Source: Promethearchaeia archaeon
GTDB taxonomy: Archaea; Asgardarchaeota; Lokiarchaeia; Sigyniarchaeales; SOKP01
Reading direction: 5' to 3'
Assembly (NCBI GenBank): GCA_029856125.1
Contig: JAHQWJ010000014.1
Location: 128,001 to 192,000, forward strand
Length of the DNA: 64,000 nt
The notes under the pieces: generated by a model
The model's input: only the letters and a program-made list of their open reading frames with translations
What the model was told of the DNA's origin: nothing
The model's database searches: none
Program-made: the position numbers and the translations under genes
Shown here: piece after piece, positions 39,910-49,523 of the stretch
Layout: every line of letters starts with the position of its first letter
Numbering within the stretch: position 1 is the first letter of the stretch

Positions 39910-41628
39910 ATGAATATTGTAAGAATTAATGTTAATTCAAACACGATTAAATACGAAGAAATAGTTAAGAATTCAAAATACTATTTATTAGGTGCTCGAG
40001 GACTAACTTCACAAATCGTTCACGATGAGGTTCCTCCCAGGTGCGATCCACTTGGATCAGAAAATAAGCTTATTTTAGCAAATGGGATACTTACGGGAAG
40101 CCCATTCCCAAATTCTGCGCGCACTTCAATCGGTGCGAAAAGTCCATTGACAAATGGTATAAAAGAAGCAAATGTGGGGGGAAGACCTTCATTTATGCTA
40201 GCTAAGCATGGTATAAGAGCCTTAGTCTTTGAAGATGTATCTTCAGAATTAAAAATACTCCTAATCAACGAGAATCGAATTGAGTTGTTACCTGGTAATG
40301 AATATAAAGGGTTAGGAAACTACGAACTACATCGGAAGCTGAGAAGTAAATACGGAGAAAAAATAGGTCTTTATTCTATAGGTCCTGCTGGCGAACACAG
40401 GCTGCCATCGGCAACTGTTGCTGCCAACGACCTAGAAGGCTATCCAAGTAGACACGCAGCTCGTGGCGGTTTAGGTGCAGTGATGGGTTCTAAAGGCATC
40501 AAAGCTATCGTAATCATCCCTTCTAAGGAGTCAAAGGTAAAAGTGCACGATTTAAAGAAGTTTAGAGAAGCTTCGACTCCTTTTGCTAAACATTTGGCAG
40601 AAACTAAGAAAGTTTTTTCTACTTTTGGAACAGCCTTAAATATGAGGATAATGAGTGAACATCAAGGGTTACCTACCAAGAATTTTCAATTTGGATCTTT
40701 CGATAAAATTTCAAACATTGATGGAGAAAAACTCCATGAACTCGTAATGGCCAGAGGAGGAAAGAAAAATTTAGCTTGTTCTCCTAATTGCGTTATAAAG
40801 TGTTCTAATTTAATTGTAGACGAGAACGGGAACCATATAACTTCAAGTCTTGAATACGAAACAATGTGTTTAAATGGGACTAATTTGCTTATTGATGATT
40901 TAGACAGCTTAGCTAAAATTGATCATTTCTGCGACGATGTAGGAATTGATACAATTGAGTTCGGAGGTACAGTTGGAGTAGCTATGGATTGTGGTAAGAT
41001 TCCTTGGGGAGATGCCGAGGCAGTTTTTAATATCTTGGATAAAGAAATCCGGGAGAACACCAAAATTGGTAAGTTGTACGGAAATGGCGTTAGAAATATT
41101 GGAAAGAAGTTGAATGCGCAAAGAATACCCGAAATAAAAGGACAAGGTATATCTGCTTACGATCCTAGAGTATTTAAAGGAATGGGTGTTACTTACGCTA
41201 CAAGCCCAATGGGTGCTGATCACACTAGTGGAGCAGCCATAGCTGGCAGAATCCCGAGTCAAACCAAAGACTATGGTGAACTTACTAAAAACGAAGGTAA
41301 ATTTGATTTATCGTTTGAATTACAAGTATACACCACAGTATTGGATTCGATGGGCTGTTGTTATTTTATAGGGCCAAGTTATGAGAATATGGAGATTATA
41401 ACTGCTGCTATTAACGCAATGTATAATACAGATTTAACAAGAGCAGAAGTAATTAATATTGGAAAACACATCCTTAAGAGTGAACTAGCATTCAACGAGA
41501 AAGCAGGAATTACCAAAGATACGAATGATGTTCCAGAATTTTTTAAACTAGAACCTTCTGAACCTAGCGGTTTGAAATTTACATTCAAGAAAGAAGAATT
41601 ACACGATTTTTGGGAGAAATTAGAATAA
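39910..41628 (+). CDS. aor: Aldehyde:ferredoxin oxidoreductase family (W/Mo-pterin)
   Basis: KSPLTNGIKEANVGG, SIGPAGE, RGGLGAVMGSK, CSPNCVIKC, EYET, GADH. Confidence 0.92.
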   Translation: MNIVRINVNSNTIKYEEIVKNSKYYLLGARGLTSQIVHDEVPPRCDPLGSENKLILANGILTGSPFPNSARTSIGAKSPLTNGIKEANVGGRPSFMLAKHGIRALVFEDVSSELKILLINENRIELLPGNEYKGLGNYELHRKLRSKYGEKIGLYSIGPAGEHRLPSATVAANDLEGYPSRHAARGGLGAVMGSKGIKAIVIIPSKESKVKVHDLKKFREASTPFAKHLAETKKVFSTFGTALNMRIMSEHQGLPTKNFQFGSFDKISNIDGEKLHELVMARGGKKNLACSPNCVIKCSNLIVDENGNHITSSLEYETMCLNGTNLLIDDLDSLAKIDHFCDDVGIDTIEFGGTVGVAMDCGKIPWGDAEAVFNILDKEIRENTKIGKLYGNGVRNIGKKLNAQRIPEIKGQGISAYDPRVFKGMGVTYATSPMGADHTSGAAIAGRIPSQTKDYGELTKNEGKFDLSFELQVYTTVLDSMGCCYFIGPSYENMEIITAAINAMYNTDLTRAEVINIGKHILKSELAFNEKAGITKDTNDVPEFFKLEPSEPSGLKFTFKKEELHDFWEKLE

Positions 41629-41651
41629 AAAACAATTTTTTATACTTTTAA

Positions 41652-42206
41652 TCAAATATAATTCAACCATCCCTTCTTTTTCATTATTAATTCCGCTGAG
41701 ATTATTAGCAATAAGCCCAAAGATACGGATATTAATAGAGTCAAGTTAAAAATAAATAAATGGGAAATTGAAATACTACCCAACAATATTAGAAACTGTA
41801 AAATAAAATAACTAACACCACAAATAAAGAATAAAATTTTATTTTTCTTGTAAATTGAGAGCGAAAAGTGCCAGCATATGAGAAGTATTATAATTGAGCT
41901 TGAAGTTATAACAGTTGCTAGCGCTACAAATATGTTATAAAAAGCAATTATAATGGTATCTACTGCGATTTTTTCTATTAGGAGCAAAAATAGGAATCTT
42001 TTAGCGTTGTTAACGAAAAAATCTTGTTCTAGTTTTAAGAGGACACTCAAAACAAAAGGAGGGATTGTGATCAATATTAAAGCAATGGATAAGAGCGGAT
42101 TGCTAGGTGTCAGAAATCCTAAAAACATAGCCAAAATAAGGCTTATTAAAAGCATAATGGAGCCTAAAAGTCTATAGATTCCTTCTTTTTTACCTTTAAT
42201 ACTCAT
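41652..42206 (-). CDS. Multi-pass membrane protein of unknown function
   Basis: About 6 TM segments. Confidence 0.7.
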   Translation of the reverse strand: MSIKGKKEGIYRLLGSIMLLISLILAMFLGFLTPSNPLLSIALILITIPPFVLSVLLKLEQDFFVNNAKRFLFLLLIEKIAVDTIIIAFYNIFVALATVITSSSIIILLICWHFSLSIYKKNKILFFICGVSYFILQFLILLGSISISHLFIFNLTLLISVSLGLLLIISAELIMKKKGWLNYI

Positions 42207-42356
42207 ATCGCAACCTATATTTTTTCAATAATTCCAAGAAATTATAAGTTTATATAGAAAAAAAAGTATTTTGAATTATTACATTAATATTTGAATCTTT
42301 ATTCAAATTCAAATAATTCGAAAAATAGAATAATTAAATATAACAGGTTGTAGATA

Positions 42357-43727
42357 TTGAGCGAGAAAAATATTTTAAAAGAGCTGGAAGAAATTGTTGG
42401 GAAAGAATTTGCCTCTAATCGTTCGGAAGATTTATATATATACTCCCAAGACCCGGGAGCATCACTTTCTCGACCCGTAGATTTCGTAGTGATGCCAAAT
42501 ACATCTAAAGAAGTTCAAGACATCCTTAAATTAGCAAATCGAGAAAAAATTCCAATAGTTCCTATGGGGGGTGGATTAACGTTAAGCGGGCTTGTAATTC
42601 CCGTTAAAAGAGGTATTGTTATGGATATGAAACGCATGAACAATATAATTGAAGTTAACGAATTAAGCCGCTTTGCTCTTATTGAAGCCGGCGTAACTAC
42701 AGGACAATTACTTGCGTACTTAAATATTAACCATCCACATTTACAACCACCTATACCTGATGCACCTCCTTCAGCTACAATTGCCGGTAATGCGTTAATT
42801 CATGGTTCTGGTTATCTGTCCCAAAAGTTTGGAGATCACGGTTCTATGATTAATGGATTAGAAGTTATACTCCCTGATGGCGAAGTCTACAAATTAGGCT
42901 CTTGTGCGGTTTCAGATTATTGGTTTACGAGGGGTCCTATTCCAGATTTTATTGGAATGTTTATTAGCTCATTTGGCACTATGGGTATTATCACAAAACT
43001 TTCAATTAAATTGTTTCCCAAACATAAGATGAGAAATATCGTATTTGGCTTAAATAAAGACGCAACTTTACTCCCAGAATTAATTTCAAACATAACATTT
43101 ACTGATGTGGCCGAAGATATTTTACTAGGGATTCAAGATAAGCCCGACTGGATGAAAGGCTACACATTCATTATCGTTTATATTACAGGTGAATCAGAAG
43201 AAGAATTAAATGATAAAACTAAAATTCTTAAGAAAATGTATCGCAAAGCAAAGTCTAGATACATGAAAGTACCAAATAGGATTGAAGATATTTTTCTCGA
43301 AAAACCACAATTTGCAGCAGGCGCAGCAGACTTTAGAAAGGGAGGTGGCTTTGAATATGTTGGAGCCTTCATACCGCTACAGTTAATCCCTGAAATGATT
43401 AAAATTGGAACAAATATTTCTTTAAAACACGAAATCATTCCTACTATGGGTGCTAGACTAATTGGACAAGGCCATGCTGCGATGTTTTTTATTTCGTATT
43501 CTTTTAATCGCTCAGATCCAAAAGATATGAAAAATGCACGAGATGCATTGCACGACACAAATAAGGCTGTGCTTGAAATCGGAGGAATTCCTTGGAAAGC
43601 TGAGCTTGATGGACAAAGAATGATACTAGAAAGGATGAATCCTAATTACAAGAAACTTCTAAAAGGCATTAAAAATTTATTAGACCCTAATGGGATTATG
43701 AATCCAGGAAATTGGGAGGTTAAATAA
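42357..43727 (+). CDS. FAD-binding oxidoreductase (GlcD/VAO-like)
   Basis: PIVPMGGG, IEAGVT, GTMGIITK, LDPNGIMNPG. Confidence 0.92.
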   Translation: MSEKNILKELEEIVGKEFASNRSEDLYIYSQDPGASLSRPVDFVVMPNTSKEVQDILKLANREKIPIVPMGGGLTLSGLVIPVKRGIVMDMKRMNNIIEVNELSRFALIEAGVTTGQLLAYLNINHPHLQPPIPDAPPSATIAGNALIHGSGYLSQKFGDHGSMINGLEVILPDGEVYKLGSCAVSDYWFTRGPIPDFIGMFISSFGTMGIITKLSIKLFPKHKMRNIVFGLNKDATLLPELISNITFTDVAEDILLGIQDKPDWMKGYTFIIVYITGESEEELNDKTKILKKMYRKAKSRYMKVPNRIEDIFLEKPQFAAGAADFRKGGGFEYVGAFIPLQLIPEMIKIGTNISLKHEIIPTMGARLIGQGHAAMFFISYSFNRSDPKDMKNARDALHDTNKAVLEIGGIPWKAELDGQRMILERMNPNYKKLLKGIKNLLDPNGIMNPGNWEVK

Positions 43728-44909
43728 ATGACTTTAAATCCTGAACAAGATTGGAAAGATATTATTCATAGGTGCTTTAGATGCGGATATTGTAAATTTA
43801 CCTACGATTATTCTGATTTTAATTGTCCTAGCTATAAAAAATACAGATATGAAACATACTCCACTGGTGGAAGACTCTGGCTCATTTATGGTTTAATAAG
43901 TGGGGAAATCCCGTGGAGTCAAGGCGTAGCAAATGTGCTTTACGCGTGTTCCACTTGTGGAAACTGTATGGAAAATTGCAGGTTTGACAAATTTAACGAT
44001 TTCTTGGTAGATATTATTGAAGCTGCCCGCGCAGAGGCTGTAATAAATGGATTTTGTCCAGAAAAACAAAAAGCTTTAATTGAACGTATAGAGAACCCTG
44101 AGATGTACAATCCATATGGCGAACAAAATTCAGATAACGAAGATTTGAAGAAAGAATACGATTTACCAGATAAAGCCGAATGGGTTTATTTCATTGGTTG
44201 CACATCTAATTATCGTCAAAAAAATTTAAGAGACGCTACTTTAAGATTTTTGAAGAAAGCTAACATTGATTTTACTTTAATTGACGAACATTGTTGTTGT
44301 AGTCCGGTGATGCGAACTGGTCAAATTAATTCCGTTAAAGACTTCATCAATTTTAATATAGATCAAATAAACAAAACGGGCGCTTCAAAGGTTATCACTT
44401 CGTGTGCGGGTTGTTATCGCACGTTAAAAAAAGATTGGGTAAAATATGGTGCTGACTATGATTTTCAAATATATCACACAGTAGAATTAGTTAAAGAATT
44501 ATTAGACGAAGGAAAATTAAAATTTACATCAGAATATAACAAAATAGTTACTTATCACGATCCGTGCCATTTGGGAAGACATATGGAAATTTACGAAATT
44601 CCAAGAGAAGTATACAAACAAATTCCGGGAATTAAGCTTGTAGAAATGAAAAGAAACCGAGAAAACGCTTGGTGTTGCGGCGCTGGAGGTGGGGTAAAAA
44701 TAGGTTTCCCCGAGTGGTCAGTTGAGATTTCAAAAGAAAGACTTGAAGAAGCAAGTGCAACTGGAGCTTCAGTTGTATCATCAGTATGTCCTTTTTGCAG
44801 AACGAATTTGGGAGATGCTAACGATAATTTTGATATGAATTTTGAAGTAATCGATTTGATTGAGATCATAGATAAATTAGACTTCGAAATTACCGATAAT
44901 AAACAGTAA
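43728..44909 (+). CDS. Fe-S oxidoreductase with CCG domains (GlcF/HdrD-like)
   Basis: CFRCGYC, CSTCGNC...C, CAGC, YHDPCHLGR, CCGAGGG, CPFC; abuts the FAD subunit. Confidence 0.93.
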   Translation: MTLNPEQDWKDIIHRCFRCGYCKFTYDYSDFNCPSYKKYRYETYSTGGRLWLIYGLISGEIPWSQGVANVLYACSTCGNCMENCRFDKFNDFLVDIIEAARAEAVINGFCPEKQKALIERIENPEMYNPYGEQNSDNEDLKKEYDLPDKAEWVYFIGCTSNYRQKNLRDATLRFLKKANIDFTLIDEHCCCSPVMRTGQINSVKDFINFNIDQINKTGASKVITSCAGCYRTLKKDWVKYGADYDFQIYHTVELVKELLDEGKLKFTSEYNKIVTYHDPCHLGRHMEIYEIPREVYKQIPGIKLVEMKRNRENAWCCGAGGGVKIGFPEWSVEISKERLEEASATGASVVSSVCPFCRTNLGDANDNFDMNFEVIDLIEIIDKLDFEITDNKQ

Positions 44910-44980
44910 TTAAAAGAATTTATTACCTCTTTTTGTTTTAAAATTTATATTAGGTTTAAGTAAATACTCAATTTGTAGGT

Positions 44981-45859
44981 GTGATAGAAATGAGATTAGG
45001 TGCTCACATGAGCGTTACAGGAGGGAAATACATGGCCCTTGAGAGGGGAAAAGAGCTTGGGTGCGAAGCTATTCAAGTATTTATTAGAAATGTACGCTCT
45101 TGGTCGTCAAAACCTTTAATACAAAGTGATATTGACGATTTTCATACAAAAAAGGAAGAATTCAAAGAAGAAATTTGGCCGATAATTAGCCACAATAGTT
45201 ATTTAATAAATTTAGCGAGTATTGATAACGAAAAATTGGAAAAATCATATATTTCTATGCTAGATGAGCTTATTAAAGCTGATCAACTCGGTATCGATTT
45301 GGAAAATATACATCCGGGAGTTATTCCTATAAGTGATAAAGATGAAATCTCCAAAAAAGAAGCGTTATCCCAGATCGCAAATCAATTAAACAAATTAATT
45401 GATGAGACTAAAAGTTCAAAAGTTAGAATCTTATTAGAAACTACCGCTGGGCAAGGTAAGGGTTTAGGCAATAAATTTCATCATTTAACTACGATTATTG
45501 ATAAAATTATAGATAAAAGCAGGATTGGAGTTTGTTTTGACACTGCTCATTCATTCGCAGCAGGCTACGACTTTACGACCAAGAAAAAATGCGACGAAAT
45601 GTGGAACGAATTTGACGATATTATTGGATTGAAGTATTTATTTGCTTTTCATTTGAATGACACTGAAAAAGATTTAGGTTCTAGAGTTGATCGTCATACT
45701 CACATAGGACAAGGAAAAATCGGCAAAGAACCTTTTGGATTCTTGGTAAACGATGAAAAATTTAGAGATCTTCCCGGAATTATAGAGACTCCAAAAGGGA
45801 AAGATATGAAAGAAGATTTAATGAATCTTGCAACTCTTAGATCTTTGATAAAAAAATGA
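44981..45859 (+). CDS. nfo: Endonuclease IV (AP endonuclease)
   Basis: GAHMS, H.SYLINL, HPG, LETTAGQG, DTAH, HLND, DRH, ETP. Confidence 0.96.
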   Translation: MIEMRLGAHMSVTGGKYMALERGKELGCEAIQVFIRNVRSWSSKPLIQSDIDDFHTKKEEFKEEIWPIISHNSYLINLASIDNEKLEKSYISMLDELIKADQLGIDLENIHPGVIPISDKDEISKKEALSQIANQLNKLIDETKSSKVRILLETTAGQGKGLGNKFHHLTTIIDKIIDKSRIGVCFDTAHSFAAGYDFTTKKKCDEMWNEFDDIIGLKYLFAFHLNDTEKDLGSRVDRHTHIGQGKIGKEPFGFLVNDEKFRDLPGIIETPKGKDMKEDLMNLATLRSLIKK

Positions 45860-45868
45860 CGCCTATTG

Positions 45869-46267
45869 TTAATCTTGAACATTAAACCATACTTGACTCG
45901 TATCTTCAACTAAGCCATTGTAGTTTACTGTTAATTCTTCACCTTTCTTAATGTCTTGAAGAGCCGTGTATTCAATTGCTTTATTCTCATAATCGTATAA
46001 ATACTGTAAATTGGGAGTGTAGGAGTGGTTGATGAACTGACTAACGCTCAGTGTGATTGCGTTTTTAAAAGCTGGTTTGTGTTTTGGGTCTTCCCAAATA
46101 TAGCAGTAATTGTATAATTGAGTTTTTTTAATCTTTTTATATTCTTCATTAGGTATTAAAACTACATTTGCTATGTCGATTACAGTTTTCTTTTTAATAT
46201 CCTTCTTCGCAAAGGCACCTTTTCCTTTTATTTCAGATATAAATTTAACTTCTATAAATTCATGCAT
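45869..46267 (-). CDS. Stand-alone SET-domain protein
   Basis: KGKGAFA, FINHSYTPN, DIKKGEELTVNY. Confidence 0.92.
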   Translation of the reverse strand: MHEFIEVKFISEIKGKGAFAKKDIKKKTVIDIANVVLIPNEEYKKIKKTQLYNYCYIWEDPKHKPAFKNAITLSVSQFINHSYTPNLQYLYDYENKAIEYTALQDIKKGEELTVNYNGLVEDTSQVWFNVQD

Positions 46268-46296
46268 GAAATCACTAATAAAATGCTTGTTTTTTT

Positions 46297-46893
46297 TTAT
46301 TCGATTGATGCGTGTCGCTTATCAATATCGTTTTCAGTTATTCCTAATAGAACCATTAAGGAGGCTCCTATAGAATCTAATATGGAAAGCGTGGAAATAT
46401 CGAATAACGAAGTAAACGGAGCTAAAGATTCTTGTGAAATCGCTTTCTCTTTACTTTTACCTTCAACTTTGATGATTAAGTCAGATAATGTTGCGATCGT
46501 ACTTTTAGGATTCCCTGTAAATAAAGCAATTTTTCCTCCAATTTCTTTTGCTTCTTCGGCTATGGCTTTCGGTGAAGTTGTTTCGCCGCTTCCACTTACC
46601 AAAATCAATAGGTCATCTTTAGTGTAGCGATACGTAACTGCGTCAGAAACAAAACAAGATCTAATACCTAGATGCATTAATCTTTGAGCAAAACATCGAC
46701 CAATAAACCCTGATCTACCAGCACCATAAACAAAAATCCTTCCATCGTTTGAATCAATTTCAACAATCGACTCAATTAGCTTTAAGACTTGATTCGTATC
46801 ACTAGATTCAGAATTTTTTTTTACTTGATCTGCGATTTCTAGAAGAGTATTTAGAAATCTTTCCCGTAATAGTTTTGAATTAGAACTATTCAT
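46297..46893 (-). CDS. hxlB: 6-phospho-3-hexuloisomerase (SIS domain)
   Basis: YGAGRSG, AQRLMHLG, SGSGET, C-terminal RHASIE; GGAGGAG SD before the ATG at 46893. Confidence 0.88.
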   Translation of the reverse strand: MNSSNSKLLRERFLNTLLEIADQVKKNSESSDTNQVLKLIESIVEIDSNDGRIFVYGAGRSGFIGRCFAQRLMHLGIRSCFVSDAVTYRYTKDDLLILVSGSGETTSPKAIAEEAKEIGGKIALFTGNPKSTIATLSDLIIKVEGKSKEKAISQESLAPFTSLFDISTLSILDSIGASLMVLLGITENDIDKRHASIE

Positions 46894-46895
46894 TT

Positions 46896-48182
46896 TTATC
46901 TCTCCTCCTTTGATAATTTGGGATTGACACAACTTCTCCATTGATTCACGGTTTCTTTGGGTCCTAAACCGATTAAAAGGTCCCCCACTTCAAAAATAAA
47001 ATCTGTTTTAAAGCTGTAAATCCATTTATTTTCTCTTTTTAAGGCTATGATGTGAAACCCTCGTTTATATTTTTGATTTTGTAATTGATTATACGTTTTA
47101 TCTTTAAAATAAGAATCTGCTGAAATTGTTTCTCGTACGACTATTTCTGAAGTTTCTTTTATGGCTTTTTGAAGAATAACATGGGGTTCAAAGCCTTCTA
47201 AAATATTTTCGGTTAAATGTGCAGCTGCATCTGCTATTAACTCACAAGAAAATACTATGCGCATTATTCCAGTTAAAATTTTTGGATTATCAATTAATTT
47301 TGTTAAATCTAAAAGATCCTTTTCGAAATTTATATTCAATCCATCCATTAAAGATTCCATCTCTAAAACATCCTCTGCAAGCTCGTAACTGTTAAAGAAC
47401 AACGCTGCTAAGGCTAATTCTATCATTGTTTCTGAAATATCTGTAATCAATATATAATCTTTTTTGAGTTCCTTTATTTCTTCGTAAAATTCAGGATTTT
47501 CTAGATCAAAATCCGAGTCTTCTTTTGTCTCCCCTAAGTGAAAAGAAAAATCTTCAGAGTCATATGTTAACTTCTTTAATTCTTTAATTGGTTCAATTTC
47601 CCCTTTAATTATTAATATATCCCCGGTTCGAATTTCGTTATCTCTTTCAAATAACCACTCATCTTTTCTTTTTATCGCGATTAAATCTACTCCGTACTTA
47701 GATCTAAAGTGTACTTCTTTACGTTTCATTCCTATAAACTCGCAAGCATCATTTACAACAATTTTTACGATTGGTTCAGGAACTTCGTCCCAAAACAATT
47801 GCGTGAAGTCTGAAATATCGCTATTAATATATACAACTCGGGCGATGTCAGCAAGAGCATCGGAGATTTTGTCAATTGAGGCACCCATTACAACAATAGG
47901 TTCTAAAGCTTTTGCTTCTTTAAAACCACCAGTTTGAGTTTGAATAATTTGTAAATTCAATAGAAATGTTAATTCGTGGATTCGTTTTTCAAGTTTAGAC
48001 GTCTCGTCAGCGATTTCTTTACTACTAAATTTAATAGCGCTGTAAGCAAGATCAATCATCAAGTCGATCTTTTGTTTCATCTCTTTTAAAATGTCCTTTA
48101 GTGATATAGGTTGATATTGAAATTTCTTTCTTTTTTCATACTTTTTAATTATTTTCTCACTCTCGTTTAGATAATTACACAA
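46896..48182 (-). CDS. Tandem PhoU + TrkA-C (RCK_C) regulatory protein; start uncertain (possibly ATA/ATT at 48152/48149)
   Basis: Two MIDLAY/MIELAL helical units, each followed by (L/I)IA(I/L)KR...W...GD(I/L)LI. Confidence 0.85.
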   Translation of the reverse strand: MCNYLNESEKIIKKYEKRKKFQYQPISLKDILKEMKQKIDLMIDLAYSAIKFSSKEIADETSKLEKRIHELTFLLNLQIIQTQTGGFKEAKALEPIVVMGASIDKISDALADIARVVYINSDISDFTQLFWDEVPEPIVKIVVNDACEFIGMKRKEVHFRSKYGVDLIAIKRKDEWLFERDNEIRTGDILIIKGEIEPIKELKKLTYDSEDFSFHLGETKEDSDFDLENPEFYEEIKELKKDYILITDISETMIELALAALFFNSYELAEDVLEMESLMDGLNINFEKDLLDLTKLIDNPKILTGIMRIVFSCELIADAAAHLTENILEGFEPHVILQKAIKETSEIVVRETISADSYFKDKTYNQLQNQKYKRGFHIIALKRENKWIYSFKTDFIFEVGDLLIGLGPKETVNQWRSCVNPKLSKEER

Positions 48183-48726
48183 ATATTTGGATAAAGATTA
48201 TTATAAATAAGGGGGTTAAGAAATCCGCTAACGATGTCACCATTGGAATTAAGAAATTATTTGGGTCTTTTCCTTTTCTAAATATTAATATTGAACCCAT
48301 AAATAAAAATACGAACATTAGTCCAAATAAAATCATAATAGTAATAATAAAAATTGATATAATCAACAAGGGATTAACAATTTGTATACCAGTTACGCTT
48401 CCCAATATGTATCCTAGACTTATCAATGCAGCAAGGCTTAATAGAATTGTTATAAATAAGCCATAAAAATCCTGTTTTAATCGATCAGAGACTTGAATTT
48501 TTGGAGACAACGTACCTATATACAGATGAGAGGTAAGACGAGATACCAGAACAGTTGATATATCGCCTATTAAAGAATTTAAGGACGGTAAAACTAATAA
48601 TATAATAGGAAAACTAGACAACACTATTTCATTATTAGAGAGAAGTGTCCCAGAAAAGAGTCCCATAACCGAACTAATTAGAACTACTATTACTGATTCC
48701 TTGAAGATTTTTTTAAAGTAATCCAA
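48175..48726 (-). CDS. mgtE: MgtE-family membrane domain (half transporter 2)
   Basis: SRLTSHL; GKDPNNFLIPMVTSLAD. Confidence 0.85.
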   Translation of the reverse strand: MDYFKKIFKESVIVVLISSVMGLFSGTLLSNNEIVLSSFPIILLVLPSLNSLIGDISTVLVSRLTSHLYIGTLSPKIQVSDRLKQDFYGLFITILLSLAALISLGYILGSVTGIQIVNPLLIISIFIITIMILFGLMFVFLFMGSILIFRKGKDPNNFLIPMVTSLADFLTPLFIIIFIQIFV

Positions 48727-48728
48727 AT

Positions 48729-49283
48729 TTATGGCACCCCCAACATAATTATTGTTAAATAGAAGCAGATAACTGTAAAAAAGTCGTCAATCGCTGTCAT
48801 TACAGGATTTACGATGTTGTTTGGATCGAGCCCGCGCTTAAACGCTAAAAAATTTAAGAACGTAGAACATGGAATTGAAATCGCTAAGGTTAATGCGATT
48901 GAAATAATTGGAATTACGATTAATAAACCAAGATGAAAAATATAAAGTCTAATAAGTAGAAGATTAATGAGGATGCTGAAAACACCAATCGCTAACGCTG
49001 TTAATAACGATAGAGATAATGTAGCTAATACATTTTCAAACCATGATTTCTTATTAAATTCACCGATAATGAAATCTCTTGAAGTTCGGGCGATGAATGG
49101 TCCACTTAAATTACCCCTTAGAGAAAGTAAAGCCGGTATAATTAGAATTAATAGAAGAAAGCTCTTAAATGAGACTATTAAAAGAGAGAGTACGATTCCC
49201 GCAAGGATATCGCCCACAATGGAAACCATTTCAGATGGAAACGTTTCTTTAACGATTCTACCTTTAGTATCTCGAGCTTCCAT
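48729..49283 (-). CDS. mgtE: MgtE-family membrane domain (half transporter 1)
   Basis: P.LL.LRGN; GLDPNNIVNPVMTAIDD. Confidence 0.85.
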   Translation of the reverse strand: MEARDTKGRIVKETFPSEMVSIVGDILAGIVLSLLIVSFKSFLLLILIIPALLSLRGNLSGPFIARTSRDFIIGEFNKKSWFENVLATLSLSLLTALAIGVFSILINLLLIRLYIFHLGLLIVIPIISIALTLAISIPCSTFLNFLAFKRGLDPNNIVNPVMTAIDDFFTVICFYLTIIMLGVP

Positions 49284-49523
49284 ATGTCATCATCATCATC
49301 AGATGAACTCATAGTTAAATTTTCGTTCATTCTCTTACTAATTTATTAAGGCTCGAATTTATTTAAAAATTCCTAATTAAAATGAAAAGAATATATAACT
49401 TTATAAAATCAATTAAAATCTTCAATTATTTTGGTTTGGATAAAGAAAATAGATGATTTTTTTTAAATAAAATTAGATGCGCCTAAAAAGAAAATATAAA
49501 ATAAAAAAAAATTGAATTTATGG

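Noticed and set aside
20915-44909. Selenocysteine read-through in the Fe-S/redox genes
   Set aside because: These ORFs appear full-length with Cys in their motifs; the TGA stops I checked fall at natural C-termini
46894-46941. N-terminal 16-aa extension of hxlB
   Set aside because: Overlaps the upstream gene; a GGAGGAG SD supports the ATG at 46893
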